Positions 25,595-37,036 of a DNA stretch of 64,000 bases are shown here, piece after piece. Position 1 is the first letter of the stretch, and every line of letters begins with the position of its first letter. Made by a program: the position numbers and the translations under genes. The stretch is taken from NCBI GenBank assembly GCA_965112735.1, contig OZ218956.1, forward strand, positions 1,054,001-1,118,000, read 5' to 3'. This DNA comes from Phaeosaccion multiseriatum. Taxonomy: Eukaryota > Protista > Ochrophyta, other classes. The notes beneath the pieces were generated by a model. That model saw only the letters and a program-made list of their open reading frames with translations, did not search any database and was not told where the DNA came from.

Positions 25595-28500
25595 ATGAGG
25601 TTCAGGAATGGCTTACACCAGATTAGAAACGCTGCGGCACTGCTTTGTGCTCTCCTCATCAATGTTTTTGATGTAGGGAGGTGTACAAGCGGAAGCATCC
25701 GGGACGATGGAAGTGGAGCTGAGATTAATATCAATTGGCCACGGCCTTACCCGTGGGTTTCCACCCTTGCCATCTGCAAGCAGTTGCAGGGAAGAGAGCT
25801 CCAGCAGTGCCTTACTGACGTCAAGTTACTTCTGTGCTATCTGAAACAACAGCACGAGGACGAGCGGGAAGGGGCGTCGCTTGACAAAGTAAGAAGGCCT
25901 CTTCTTTATTGTGTCTCTCTCCTTCCCTCTCATGCAGCCACAATAAATCGCTCGCGACTCAGAATCAACAGGGCGCTGGTCCTGGTCTCAGGGGAGAGGG
26001 TGGAGAGATTGAGGAGTTCTGCGAGCGCGAGGCAAAATCGTGTTGTCCATGTGAGTCGCCAGGCAGGTGGAGAAAGACGGTGCAGAACTTGCGACATACT
26101 AGCTACTTCTCGGCTCCCTTTCTTGCCCTATCGAGGTACAATTATAAGTCTCGTCAAATCCTGAATCCTCTACTTCGCTCTACTCACAGCATCCATCCCA
26201 TGTTGCGATGCCTGTGCCCAGTGATAGGCGACCTCGTCAGCTGCTTCAGCGTGTGCTCTCCGGAGCGTTCCTTCGTGAAGACCGCTGCACTCCTGGAAGC
26301 GTACCAACGGGACAGCCAATCGCAGAATGGAGGCGCACAGGTATGTCACTGGTAGTAGGATCGTAGTAGGTTCCAGTGAGGTTTGAAACGCACTGCCAAG
26401 CTGTGTGGACTCAACTCGCGCTGCCCCCCTCGCTGGCTTCCCGTCTGCCACACCTCCGCAAGGTCGATGGGCAAGACCCGCTGCTCTCTTCCTCGCTCGA
26501 AGGGACCGTGCCCCTTCTGCAGCACCTCGCGGCTCTACCTGAGGCCCGGCAAGTTTGCGAGATCAGGTGCGCCGAACGTAGAAGCTCGGGCTCCCCTTTG
26601 TCCGTCTTTATCTTCTATTGTTGGTCCTGGTGTAATAATATCACCCTTGAATCGAAATCGTGCCAATGACAGCCAAAGGGGCCCCGGCCTGGCAACGCTA
26701 GCCCTGCTCACGGCTAAGCCAGATGCTCTGCTGACGAACTTCGCGTCGCACTCTGCTGCCGGTGGGGCATCTTCTGTTATGGACTTCATTCTCAGCCACT
26801 TCCGCTTGAACTCCGTGTCCTTCGTGGTCGGCCGGGAGGTGGGGCAAATGCTGTCATCCTTCCACCGACAGCATCCAGCCTTCCGATGCAACCTCATTGT
26901 CGTGTCACCCTCTGCCCTCGGGTCATACCACCTGGCATACGATACCCTGTCCGCGCTGCGAGCCCTTGCTCACCCCGACTGGAATCTGCTCGTCGCACCG
27001 AGCTGGTTCAGTGCGCACGAGCCCTTCGCTTCTTCATCATCGTTCTTGGTGTGGCAAAGCTTCATCGCTCGAGGGTGGGCCTCGCTCGACCTTCCACTAC
27101 CGAGGGACACGTTGACATCGCCTGACGTGAGGATATGCGGGGCCACCGAAGAGGCTGGAGGTATGAGAGTGGGTTGATGTGCTTAGAGTGGGGAACGGGA
27201 CACATGGATGAGCTTGCATCCTTCGAGAAAGCGCACTTGATGTACAGTTATACTCATCCAGTCACAACCCCAAACCTCCAATCCCACTTCTCCTCCCTCT
27301 TCCTTTCCAATTCAGCTTGTGTGGGCCTCATCTCTTTCCCTTCGACGGGGGATTCCCCAAGCACCACCTCTACCGCCTCTAGTGATAGCTTTCAAGAGAG
27401 AGCGCACAAGCCACTGGCCGGTACAATGGCGGGAGTGCTGCTGCCACTGTCCTTGCCTCCCTCCATCGTCACCGAAACGAACACGACTCGTTTGGAGGCC
27501 AACTCATCTCTCCGCCTGACCGTGCCTGAGTCTGTGCTGGTCATGGGGGACAGCCACGCAAACTCCCTGCTCCATATCGGCTTTGACATCGTGGTGGTGA
27601 GTCACCTTCTGCATACGAGAAGGGTTTCCCCTCAGCGTAGCCCCTCCCCACCTTGTCTGCCCTCGACGGTAGTGTATATACATATACATCATCCTGTCAA
27701 TCTCCTACTTGCTGTCGTTCTCTTGCACCGTGCCTCGGCCACAGGTGCCCGGAGCAACAGCGCAGGGAGCAATCAATCCTCACAGCAAGAGCAACGCCCT
27801 GGCCACCTTTACCGAGTTCTGCAATAAGGAGAGGGCGAGACAAGCCGACTACGCGGAAGCTGCGCGGGACCTCGTGGTCATCATGATGGGAGAAGTGGAC
27901 TGCGGCTTTGTGAGTAAGACGCGAGCGAACCGCAGAGGCCCCCATGGTCTTGCTGCAAGGACTTGACATGCCCCTTGCTGACCCGAGCTGAGCTGTGTAT
28001 CTCTGCGTCTCTCTCTCTCTCCCTCTCGTTCACATGGCCTCCATGTGATTGTCGACACCGTACGACGACGCTGTCGGGGCACGGGTGGATATGCATGTGT
28101 GCGTGTGTGCGTACAGGTTATTTGGTTCAGGTATGTGTGAGGGTGTACACGCGAGCGTCTTGCGGGGAGAGAGACCAAGAGACCAATGCTCCCTCCCGTG
28201 CCGCTGTCGCTTGGCCTCCATTCAACGTGCAGGGCGGAGAAGCACCACATCCCGATAGAAGAGCAGACGTCCTTGTCCATCTCCAACCTGCTCAAGTTCG
28301 TCACAGATGTCGTGGTCGGCGTGTTGGGCGTCCCTCCCGGGAGGGTCGTACTCGTAGGACCACACCTCCCAACCATTCCAGACAACTCAGCATTCCACGG
28401 GGAGGTCGCAAGTGAGTGGAAGGAGTAAGATGTCCGTCTGTCAAGCCTGTCTTCCCTCCTTGGCCCTTCATGACGGCCCTAGACCCGGCCAGCCTGTGGC

Positions 28501-31339
28501 CCTTCCGCCCATGGGCCCACAGCCCCCACGTCGTATTTCAACATGCATGATGGCCTCACCCGATCCTCTGCTCTGAATGTCCAACCCACAGATGCCCGCT
28601 CCACCGTACACGCGAGTCGACCGGGACGGACGGCCCTGACGCTGCGCTTTTGCGAGCAGCTGCGGCGGGAGAGTGAGAGGGCAGGATTCAGGTGCGTGCC
28701 GGGGGCGGGCGAGGCCTTGCTGCTAGACCTCGATACACACACACCTCTTCCTTCCCCTTGCTTGAAGGACCAATAAGGCCCTGTCCAATCGTGTGGTTAG
28801 CGAAGGCGTCAGTGAGGAGATGTGTGCGTGAATTCTATCTGGAAGCGCGTGTTGCAGTGGGTTGAAAGGCTCCCTCGCTGTTGTGTGCTCCCTGCCCTAC
28901 GGTTGTTGGTTCACTTCTGCTTCACCCACTCTGCTGCATGCCCTCCACACACGTATCTCGGGCAGGTACCTCGACATCACACATGAGACTATGTCGCCCC
29001 TCACTGGAGAGGTACAGACGGTACGGTGCCCACGTGTGATGATCACGTGATGTGTGCTTGGTGGGGTTCGTTTCAGGAGGGCCCAAATAGTTTTGTGGTT
29101 GTCGACAGTCAATGCGTGTGTCCACCCAATCGAACCAACCATCAAACCCGCTCAATCCCCCCCCCAACGTTCATTATTCGGCAGGCATTCCTGCACCATG
29201 ACAAGGCGAACGATCACCACCTCGACTCTTCAAGCATCACGTCCCTCTACGCCCTCAAGTTCGCGGCGCTATGGGGCAGTATCGTGCGAGAGGAGGAGGA
29301 GGAGGAGGAGGAGGAGGAAGCCGAAGTTCATGCGGGCAATCTGAGTGCGAGATCACCACCACTGCTCTGTGATCGTGGCGCTGCTGCGAATTCTTGCGGA
29401 CAGGTCCGGAATGGAGCCCGAGAGATTGCGGAATTGCAGGCACGCGGGGTAGAGCTTGTGTCTTTCGATTCAGAAGAGGACCCCCGTAGATACGGAGTGG
29501 TGTACCATGAAGGTGAGAAGCTAAGTGAGACAACACAGTGAGAGTGCTAACCCTGACTAAGCAGCGACGGGTGTGGGGAGGGAGGACCGCCGGGTGTTGT
29601 ACAGGAGGGAGGCTCTATCCCTTCGCCCTGTCTACCGGTCCCCATGTGCACAGCCCTGAGCAGACCGACCTCTCCCCCCCTTTGTCGTTCGGTTAATTCC
29701 TGGCTCACGCTCGCTCACGCAATCACAGGAGCTGTCGAGGTGGGAAGGTGGTGGCACAGAGCATGAAGCGCTCCATGTGCTGCCCACGCGCCTCGCCTCG
29801 CGCCTCGCGTGGCGGGCATGTGGTGACGCTCGTTCTCTCAAGGCGGGTGACGGTCTTTGGGGAGAGCGGATGCTCCTCATGGGCGGGAATTACAGATTCT
29901 TCTTTATGCTTAGTGGGCTTCATCTCTGCAGCAGCCCAGTCTGCCTCGCGGGTACTTCCACGCCGCCTCTACGCAACGGGCACAGAGGCTCGGGTGGAGC
30001 TTCAGCGTGGCGCCAAACCTGGAGAGTGCCTTCGCCTTCGAACGTGTCATCTTCCTCTACAGCCGGGATGCTGCAGGTGTCCTGCGGGCCGCGTTACGCT
30101 GGAAAATCGAAAAAGGGTTGATCTCGGAGGAGGCTGCGACGGACGAATCTTACGCGTTATCTGAGGCTTCCAAGTACGGCGCCTACTTGTAGGACTGGCT
30201 CGTGTTCAGCCAGACACGCACAGCGGATGACGCCATCGCCTTTGCGCACGAGGACGTTTGGGAAGAGGGAGACTTTCCTGGGACGGAGATGACGCGCCTC
30301 GCTTCCTTCCTGGGCAACAGCTCGTACCGTCGGTCAGTCAGTGAGCGGGCCGCAGTATGCTCAACACACCTTCGCCAGCGAGGAGCATCCCCTCCTGCTG
30401 CTCGTAGCGAGGACGATGGCGCTGGCAGTGCGAGCGGTCTAGAACCATTCGCTGCACGGTTCTCCTCTCTCATCTTGTAGACAGTCCAGTGGCCGAGGCA
30501 CGCCCCGGTGACCAGCAACGAGGTACACGCTTTGCTTGCTTTCGGGCAGGCGTTGCCCATGGTGTGCCCAAGTCATAGTAGTATGCAGCCTTGCAGTAGA
30601 GGGCCCAGAGACAGCCGTCCGCTTGCCGTATTGTGCCGAGGAGCCGAAGGGCCTACGCGGCGCTGCCTCCATCGTCCAGTCGCGGTCCAGACGGCGTCTA
30701 CTCTGTAACGCGCCAGCCTTGCAGGTAGAAAGAAGCATTGAAGGAGCGGTACACAGGCGTAGCTTGTACACCCTCCTCAGGGCTGTAATGAGCGCCAAAC
30801 CTTCCCTGGGCATCCTCATGGTAGCCCCCCCACACGCCGTCCCTGCCCACGAGTTGGGGAGACCACTGGTGGCGATGCATGCCCGCTGGAGGCCCGCTTG
30901 GCTCCTGCTGCTGCCTTCCCCTCTGTAGACCCGACTGTGTCTCGGCTTCGGGGTGCAGTCGGAGCAGCAAAGTGGCAACGCTCTGCTGGACCTGGTGCGC
31001 GGTGGAGGAGGTGATATACAAGCGCAAAGTGTCAAGGACGCTACTTGCTCAGGTCACCCTGGGCAAGGCACGTGGCGCACCTGCTCTTGCATGGCGGATT
31101 TAAAGCTCCGATACCACTGCATGGACCGGGCCTGTAGTCTCGCAAACTCGGCAGGGCTGCGCACAGAGAGAGAGCGGAAAGATGAGTTCAACGCAAGCAA
31201 AGGGACCCGTGGGGGGGGGGGGGCGATGGGTGCCCCCTGGGGCACCATGTCACGCACCTGGAGAGGTAGGGCTGTAGCACGGCATCCAGGTCGCTCCAGT
31301 CAGGCTTCACCACCGGAAACGGTGGTACCCATCTTTTAG
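25595..31339 (+). CDS. Secreted fusion protein: degenerate Methyltransf_24-like domain, SGNH-like domain and a sulfotransferase-like segment; 3' part uncertain or disrupted
   Basis: Hydrophobic N-terminus. LQHLAALPEARQVCEI...CNLIVV resembles the 15970-17992 gene. VLVMGDSH, GATAQG, MGEVDCG and NDHHLD are SGNH-like. Y..W...HEDV...LASFLG lies near 30.2-30.3 kb. In-frame TAGs at 30190, 30478 and 30926 make the end uncertain. Confidence 0.55.
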
Positions 31340-31515
31340 CAACAACAAACAAACGACAACGAGAAGTGTGGTGTTCAGAATGAATTCAAATGGTCGGGAA
31401 TACTTGCGGTTGAGGCGCTTCTGTTTTCTATCAGAGGGTCTGCAGGGGTGTCCCCCCCCCCCCCCCCCCCCCCCGGTAGCGTAGAGAAAGAAAACAGAAA
31501 CAGAGACTAACTTGC

Positions 31516-33049
31516 TCACCTCTCTTCGTGCGGCTGCTCCGGCCCCTCGCTGCAGTCGATGCCGTCATACAGGCCGCAAGGAGAGGTGCCCGAGAAGCTG
31601 AAATTGGCTTGACGGAGGGATTCTTGCCAGGTCAAGGACATACCCTTGCTGAGTCTCTGCATTCTGATGGAGAGGGCGAGAGAGAGAGACCCGTACGGAA
31701 AGCAAGGAAGAGGGGCGGGTTGCACTGTCATGCAAATGCGAAGGGAATGCCGGCCCCTCTTCGCTCATTCTCTTCGCTCATCTCGTGTGAGAGGAGGGCT
31801 GCCTCTCTCTATTCCTCTCTCTCTCCCTCTCTCTCTCTTTGTGTGTGCCGGTCTCTTCCTCTGTCTCTCGCTCACCTCTCCTTCAACAAGCTCATGTTCT
31901 CCATTCCATGGTCCTCAAGGATTGGTACTGCTCCGTGCTCCAGAGCTTCGTACATGCGCATAGTGTTCATGCCGCTGAAGAAGGGCTCCGCGGCCTGCCC
32001 CGTTCGATACACGTTGGACAAGAGGGTTGCAGTGAAGGGTTGTAGTGAGGTTGCAGGCATGCCGAGCTCCATCCCCTTCCCTTCCCTATCTTACCTTGCA
32101 CCCCACAGGACAGGCGACGAAGCGGCTCGATGCATACACCTCCGCGACCTCGCTTGCGCTGAGTCCATTCTCGTCTGCCCATTTCCCAGTCTCGAAGAGG
32201 AAGTGGTCCGGGATGGAGGCCACGGCCTGAGCCATGGCCAGTCGGTGGCCTTTCATGACACTCCCTGTGTCGCCGATGAATGACACTGCGTAGGGCTTGG
32301 CTGTGCTGCTTCCATTGTCTCCGCTGCTGCTGCTACTGCTGCTGCTGGTGGTGGTGCTTCTGCTCGTCTCTCGGTGCAGATGGTGATAATCTGGGCAAGA
32401 CTCCGACCCACAATCCTGAGCCGCAGAGCGCCACTCCGACGCGTCCCCTATGCCATCGAAGGTCTGCTGATACCTCCCTTCTGCCTCTCCCTCCCTGCTC
32501 GCTCCAGCATGACCATCCTGCTGATGCAGCCCCTTCTCCTCTCCCTCTCTGCTTGCTCCAGCACCATCGCCATATCCCAGGCCGACTGACACAATGTAGG
32601 GGCGCGGTTTGACTGCGAAGGAAGGGTCGGCGAAGTTGCGCACCACCACCTTTGCACGGGAGTAGTGAGCACGACACCCGCTGACTCCCTCGTCGTGCAG
32701 ATGCACTACCCCATACGCGTAGCCGAGGGCGTCGAAGCGCCGCAGATAGTCCATCAGCGCGTAGTCCGCGACACCCCCTGACGCGAAAGGGTTGGCGCAC
32801 TGATCTCCGAAAGAGACAGTGACGGGCGAGGGGGGGGGGGTCAGGCAAAGAAGAGACTGCCGAGGTCTGAGAGGGACAGTAGAAAGAAACAGCACCGCCA
32901 GCAATGCCCCACCTGCTCGGAGTAGTAAATGATGAGGGCGTTGTTCCGCACAACCGAGAAGCTTCCGTCCAGAACCGTTTCGTATGTGTAAGGACGGTTG
33001 TTGCCTCCCTCTTCCCCGGCCACCTGCTCAGTCGTTTGGCAGTAGTAGT

Positions 33050-33106
<57 letters not shown>

Positions 33107-34264
33107 CGGTGTGCGTTAGTCCTTTCCGACGCAGTGTCAAAGAACTCAGCTTTTCCCCTCCCTCTGACCTTCGCTCGCTGGCCCGCTCGCCCCCCCAGCA
33201 AGTCGAGCACCCAGTCCATCACCGTCCCGTCGCCCCCAAAGTACTGCGAAATTACGGTAAGGTGCGGTGTTTGCTGCGGGGGGGGCGGAGGGTAATCGTC
33301 CTTCCTGTCTTCACAGCCCACCGTGACTTTGTCAACGCCCTCGCCTTCGCCCCCTCCTGATCCCGCCTCAGCAGAGAGACCAACGTTGGTGGAGAGAGTA
33401 CAGGACGTATTCTCGTGCGCTTCCCCCACACTTGGCAGTGCCTCCCTCAGCTCTCCCTCCACTCTGACCCGGTAGGTGGCGTGGGCGTCTTGCTGGCGCT
33501 GTATCGCCGCTGCATTCCCAACCTGCACCGCGACGCAGCCGCAGGAGATTCAGATTGAGAAAAAAATCCAGCTCTTGCCCCCCCTCCTGAATGTAGCGAG
33601 ACTCCGTGTAACCCACGCCCACCCTCCCCTATTGCAGTCTCACCTTGTGCACGATCTCGCCCCACAGCATGTCAACATGGCTGTCACTGTACGTATCAAC
33701 GATGAAGTAATCGTCTGCGATTGAGTGAAGCCACGCCACGACATTGTCCCTTGCATTCACGAGTATGCCATGCTCCCTGGTGTCCACGGTCAGCGAAATA
33801 GTCTCTGTCGCTAGCGCGTCCACTGTTAACTCAAATACCGCAGCAGTAGAGTTCCCAGCGGGATTTAGAGCGGGAAAGTGCGAGTCTTGGAGGAGGAGGA
33901 AAATGTTTATGATGTGATCCCGGATCCACAGGGCGGGCGAGGCGAGTGCGTCGTGCTCTAATCCCAGATGATGACAGCACTCCTTCCATTGGTTCTGGAA
34001 GAGGCTCGAGTAAAGGAAGAACGGAGCAGGTGCTTCTTTCTCAACCCTCTCTGTCTCTCCTGTCTTCCCTGCCGCAGCGCTGCCTGCCTCCGACGTGTAC
34101 TCCTCCGGTAGGACGAACACGCACTCCCTTCCCAACATCTGATGCAGATCTTCCGTTACAATCACCCGAAGGGGAAGGGGACTGTTGTCTTGATGAGCCG
34201 CAGCTTGAAGAGCTGCTTGTCCCAGGCTGAATAGCACAGTCCAAAGTTGAGCCCATTCCCGCAT
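31516..34264 (-). CDS. Secreted GT47/exostosin- or RXYLT1-like glycosyltransferase
   Basis: Signal peptide MREWAQLWTVLFSLGQAALQA. Motifs GVVHLHDE, VVVRNF, VGLGY, AVSFIG, VYASSRFVACPVG, RMYEALEHGAVPILE. Confidence 0.75.
33043..33104. repeat. (TAG)/(CAG)n microsatellite in an intron
   Basis: Visible trinucleotide run. Confidence 0.9.
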
Positions 34265-34591
34265 CTCACGACGCCTGAATTCAGTCAAGCAAATAACTAA
34301 GGGAATAGGGGGGGCACTATAGCAAAGAGGGTAGGTTTGGCTCTGCCATTCCCTCTTCTTTCCATTTGGAGGTTAAGTAAATCTTGGAGGCAAACAAACG
34401 GTGGGGAAAAAGTCAACAAAAAATTGGTTGTTCTCTTGCCAGCCTGTTGAATGGCTTTGCACCTTCTCGGCGGCGCGCGATTGGCCGTTGCGCTCCAGCG
34501 GGCCCGACACGAAAGATCGATTCGACATAGGATCCTGGCTGGTATCAACTTTATGCCGATAGGGAGAACTGACGCATCGGAGGGATACGAC

Positions 34592-34761
34592 CTCGGGGGC
34601 TAAGTTCCCCGGGGCGGTGAGACATTACAGTACTTTTAGACAATCATAGATGGCACTTAAGGGTGTAATACAAACCTTCTCGGGGGCTAAGTTCCCCGGG
34701 GCGGTGAGCCATTACTTTTAGACAACCATAGATGGCACTTAAGGGTGTATATACCTTCTCG
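34592..34761. repeat. Tandem duplication of a ~80-87 bp unit beginning with a GC hairpin
   Basis: CTCGGGGGCTAAGTTCCCCGGGGCGGTGAG...ATAGATGGCACTTAAGGGTGTA...ACCTT occurs at 34592 and again at 34679. Confidence 0.9.
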
Positions 34762-34797
34762 ACCCTGGCTGCCTGGGTGGAATATATTCTCCCCTTC

Positions 34798-34939
34798 TCA
34801 AGCCCTGACGCACTATCCGCTATCCGCTATCGCCGGCGCCAGCCGGCGCGCTATCCGCTATCGACGGCGCCAGCCGATCCGCTATCCGCTATCGACCGCG
34901 CGCTATCGAGAATGTGGGCGATAATGCGTCAGGGGTCGA
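34798..34939. mobile_element. MITE-like element, family A
   Basis: Imperfect TIR TCAAGCCCTGACGCACTATC...GATAATGCGTCAGGGGTCGA. Internal GCTATCC repeats and a CCGGCGCCAGCCGGC core. Flanks are CCCTTC/ACCTTC. An extra TCGACCCTGG left end at 34759 is preceded by a perfect ACCTTC. Confidence 0.75.
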
Positions 34940-34994
34940 ACCTTCGAGATCCCTCCTTCGCGCTGAGCGAGTGACGCGCGGAGCTAGCTGCAAT

Positions 34995-35057
34995 CTACTA
35001 TCACCGGCGGCCGATAGCATGCTATCGAGATTGCGTCGATAGCACGTCAGGGGTCGA
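34995..35057. mobile_element. Degenerate partial family A copy (right end only)
   Basis: GATAGCATGCTATCGAGA...GTCAGGGGTCGA. Confidence 0.55.
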
Positions 35058-35778
35058 GCCTGTAGCGTCAGCCGGCCTGGTACTCCCTTCTTCCCTCTCT
35101 TCAAGTAGCTAGTAGTTCTCGTTAAAAAAGATGCATTTACAGTCCCCTTCGACTAGGACCTTTTCTTGGTGTCTCCCCCCTCGTCTGCTGCCCCCTCCCC
35201 CCCCGCTACTATTCAGCTGCCGACGTCAGCCGGCGCGACGTGGGCCAGCTAGCTGTGAGGACGACACGGCGACGGGGGGCATACCAACACTTCTTCCATG
35301 AGCACACCACCCCCGGTGGACCTGCTGGTACTGAACCTGTGCTGCCGCACAAGAGGCATCAACAGCCTATCCAGACGCTCCACCTACCGTCGATGCCAGC
35401 ACACCTCCAGGATGCCAACACCGGACCTCCCCCCCGAGCCTGCTCGATCGCGCTTCTCGGTCAGCGGTTCAGGGTTCAGGAGGGGGGCAACTGTGCTCTA
35501 CGTCCACGCCAGAGTGTTCTTTGGTAGGACTGCAACTCCTTCTGCCGCGAAGAGCGCCGCTACCAGGTAGCAGTATTTCAAGGTGCTCGACTTTCCAAAC
35601 TGCTTCTGCTGCTGCCGTCGCTCCACATGCAAAAGTCGCACGAGTAAAAATCGCTCTGTGATCGTCCTGCCCCGCCGACAGGTCGCAGGGCGTGGCTTCA
35701 GTCGGCGGAGGCGATACGTACGGCGCCTAACCTTGCCTCTGCAGAGCTGCGCAATGACTGGAGCGCTTCCCATATCAA

Positions 35779-36876
35779 TTAGGTGAGTTCTTTCCGCCTG
35801 GCGGGAAGGGTCATCTTGTAGCGGGGAGAGGACGGGTCTTGATTGAAGAAAGCCCTAAGCCCTTTCTGTTCAACCTCGCAAGACAAGCACCACTCTGAAT
35901 ACTCGAATCCCCCCTTCCCCTCTCCGATATCGGAGTCTGCCTTTTCACCTTGACAAGCACTCCTCAGCAGGTAAGTCTCGCTGTAAAGTCGCTCGACCTC
36001 CCGTTCGGAGTCATGCACAAGAACGACACTGTCCCCATGGGCCAGACGAGAAGCCATGAAGATGGAACTCATGCGCCCTGGTAAGAGCCAAGAGTAGCGA
36101 GAGAGAGAGAAAAATCACAACGCGATGGACTGGTGTGGGTACTTGGGAAAGCATGAGTGGCGATGGCATGCCAGGTACAGCGAAGATGCATTTCATTCTC
36201 CCGTTCTCCCACCCTCCTTACCTGGTGATTCACTTTTCCAGCCCGTTGGCCCATCCACCAGCACCACGTCCCACTTGTTTGGCTCAGTCACAGACAAGGG
36301 AAGATTGGGAAGATGCAGCTTTTCCTCGTCACCTAGAAGCAGGCGAGCCTGAGAGAGCTGTGTAGAATACTCTATCACGTACACCTCTTTGCAGCCAGCC
36401 TCTCGAGCCATTGCCGCATACTCGGCGTTCTCCTCGAGGATAACCGTTCGCCCTCGACTATTGCCGTGGCACCAGAGAGGAGAGTCATATCCAGCACCCC
36501 AGACGAGGACTCGCGGCTCCGCATAGGATAGAATGGCCCGCATGACCATGTGAACCTCGTCTCTAGACAGTTGAATCTTCCCTTCCGCTGCCTCGTACAA
36601 ATCCATTACTGTGGAAGCCTCTCCTCTGAGCATATCGATCTGGCTCCTGATGGCAGTCTCACACCCCCTGCCCTCTACCCGCCACTTGGAGCAGAAGTGA
36701 GCAGCGACTTTTAGACTGTCGTCACCTGACCATGTCACCATTACAACCGTTGAACTCCCCCCTTCTCCATCCTCCATCTCAACCTCAAAAGCCAGCTCAT
36801 GCCCCCCCCGCCAGGTGGAGCTCGCCGGCCAACAAAGCAAACTGGCAGCGAGCAGAGCAAGCAGCAGCGTCATCAT
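35779..36876 (-). CDS. Secreted DUF579-family (glucuronoxylan 4-O-methyltransferase/GXM-like) polysaccharide methyltransferase
   Basis: Signal peptide MMTLLLALLAASLLCWPASS. Motifs QLSRDE, VLVWGAGYDSPLW, NSRGRTVILEEN, WDVVLVDGPTG...PG|RMSSIF, VLVHDSEREVE match the DUF579 pattern. One intron at ~36078-36221. Confidence 0.85.
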
Positions 36877-37036
36877 CCTAGAATGATGATGGGGTTAATA
36901 ATTTTGTTATTTTCCATCTGTCGATCCCGATCCCAGCAGCACCTTCACGTGTTGTAGCTCTTTCACAGATGGATTTCCAGGCGAATAAGGAATAAAGAGG
37001 GGGCATCCCGGGATCGCTGTAAAAAAAAGGAGAAGG

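Noticed and set aside
30007-31339. Genome-wide TAG stop-codon reassignment
   Set aside because: Several genes in the window end at TAG where expected (e.g. 10041, 12963, 57155), and long exons elsewhere contain no in-frame TAG.
34592-34761. CRISPR-like repeat-spacer array
   Set aside because: Only two units, the would-be spacers are near-identical, the context is eukaryotic and there are no cas genes.
35240-35786. Short ORFs between the repeat hotspot and the DUF579 gene
   Set aside because: No recognisable domain or transposase motif.
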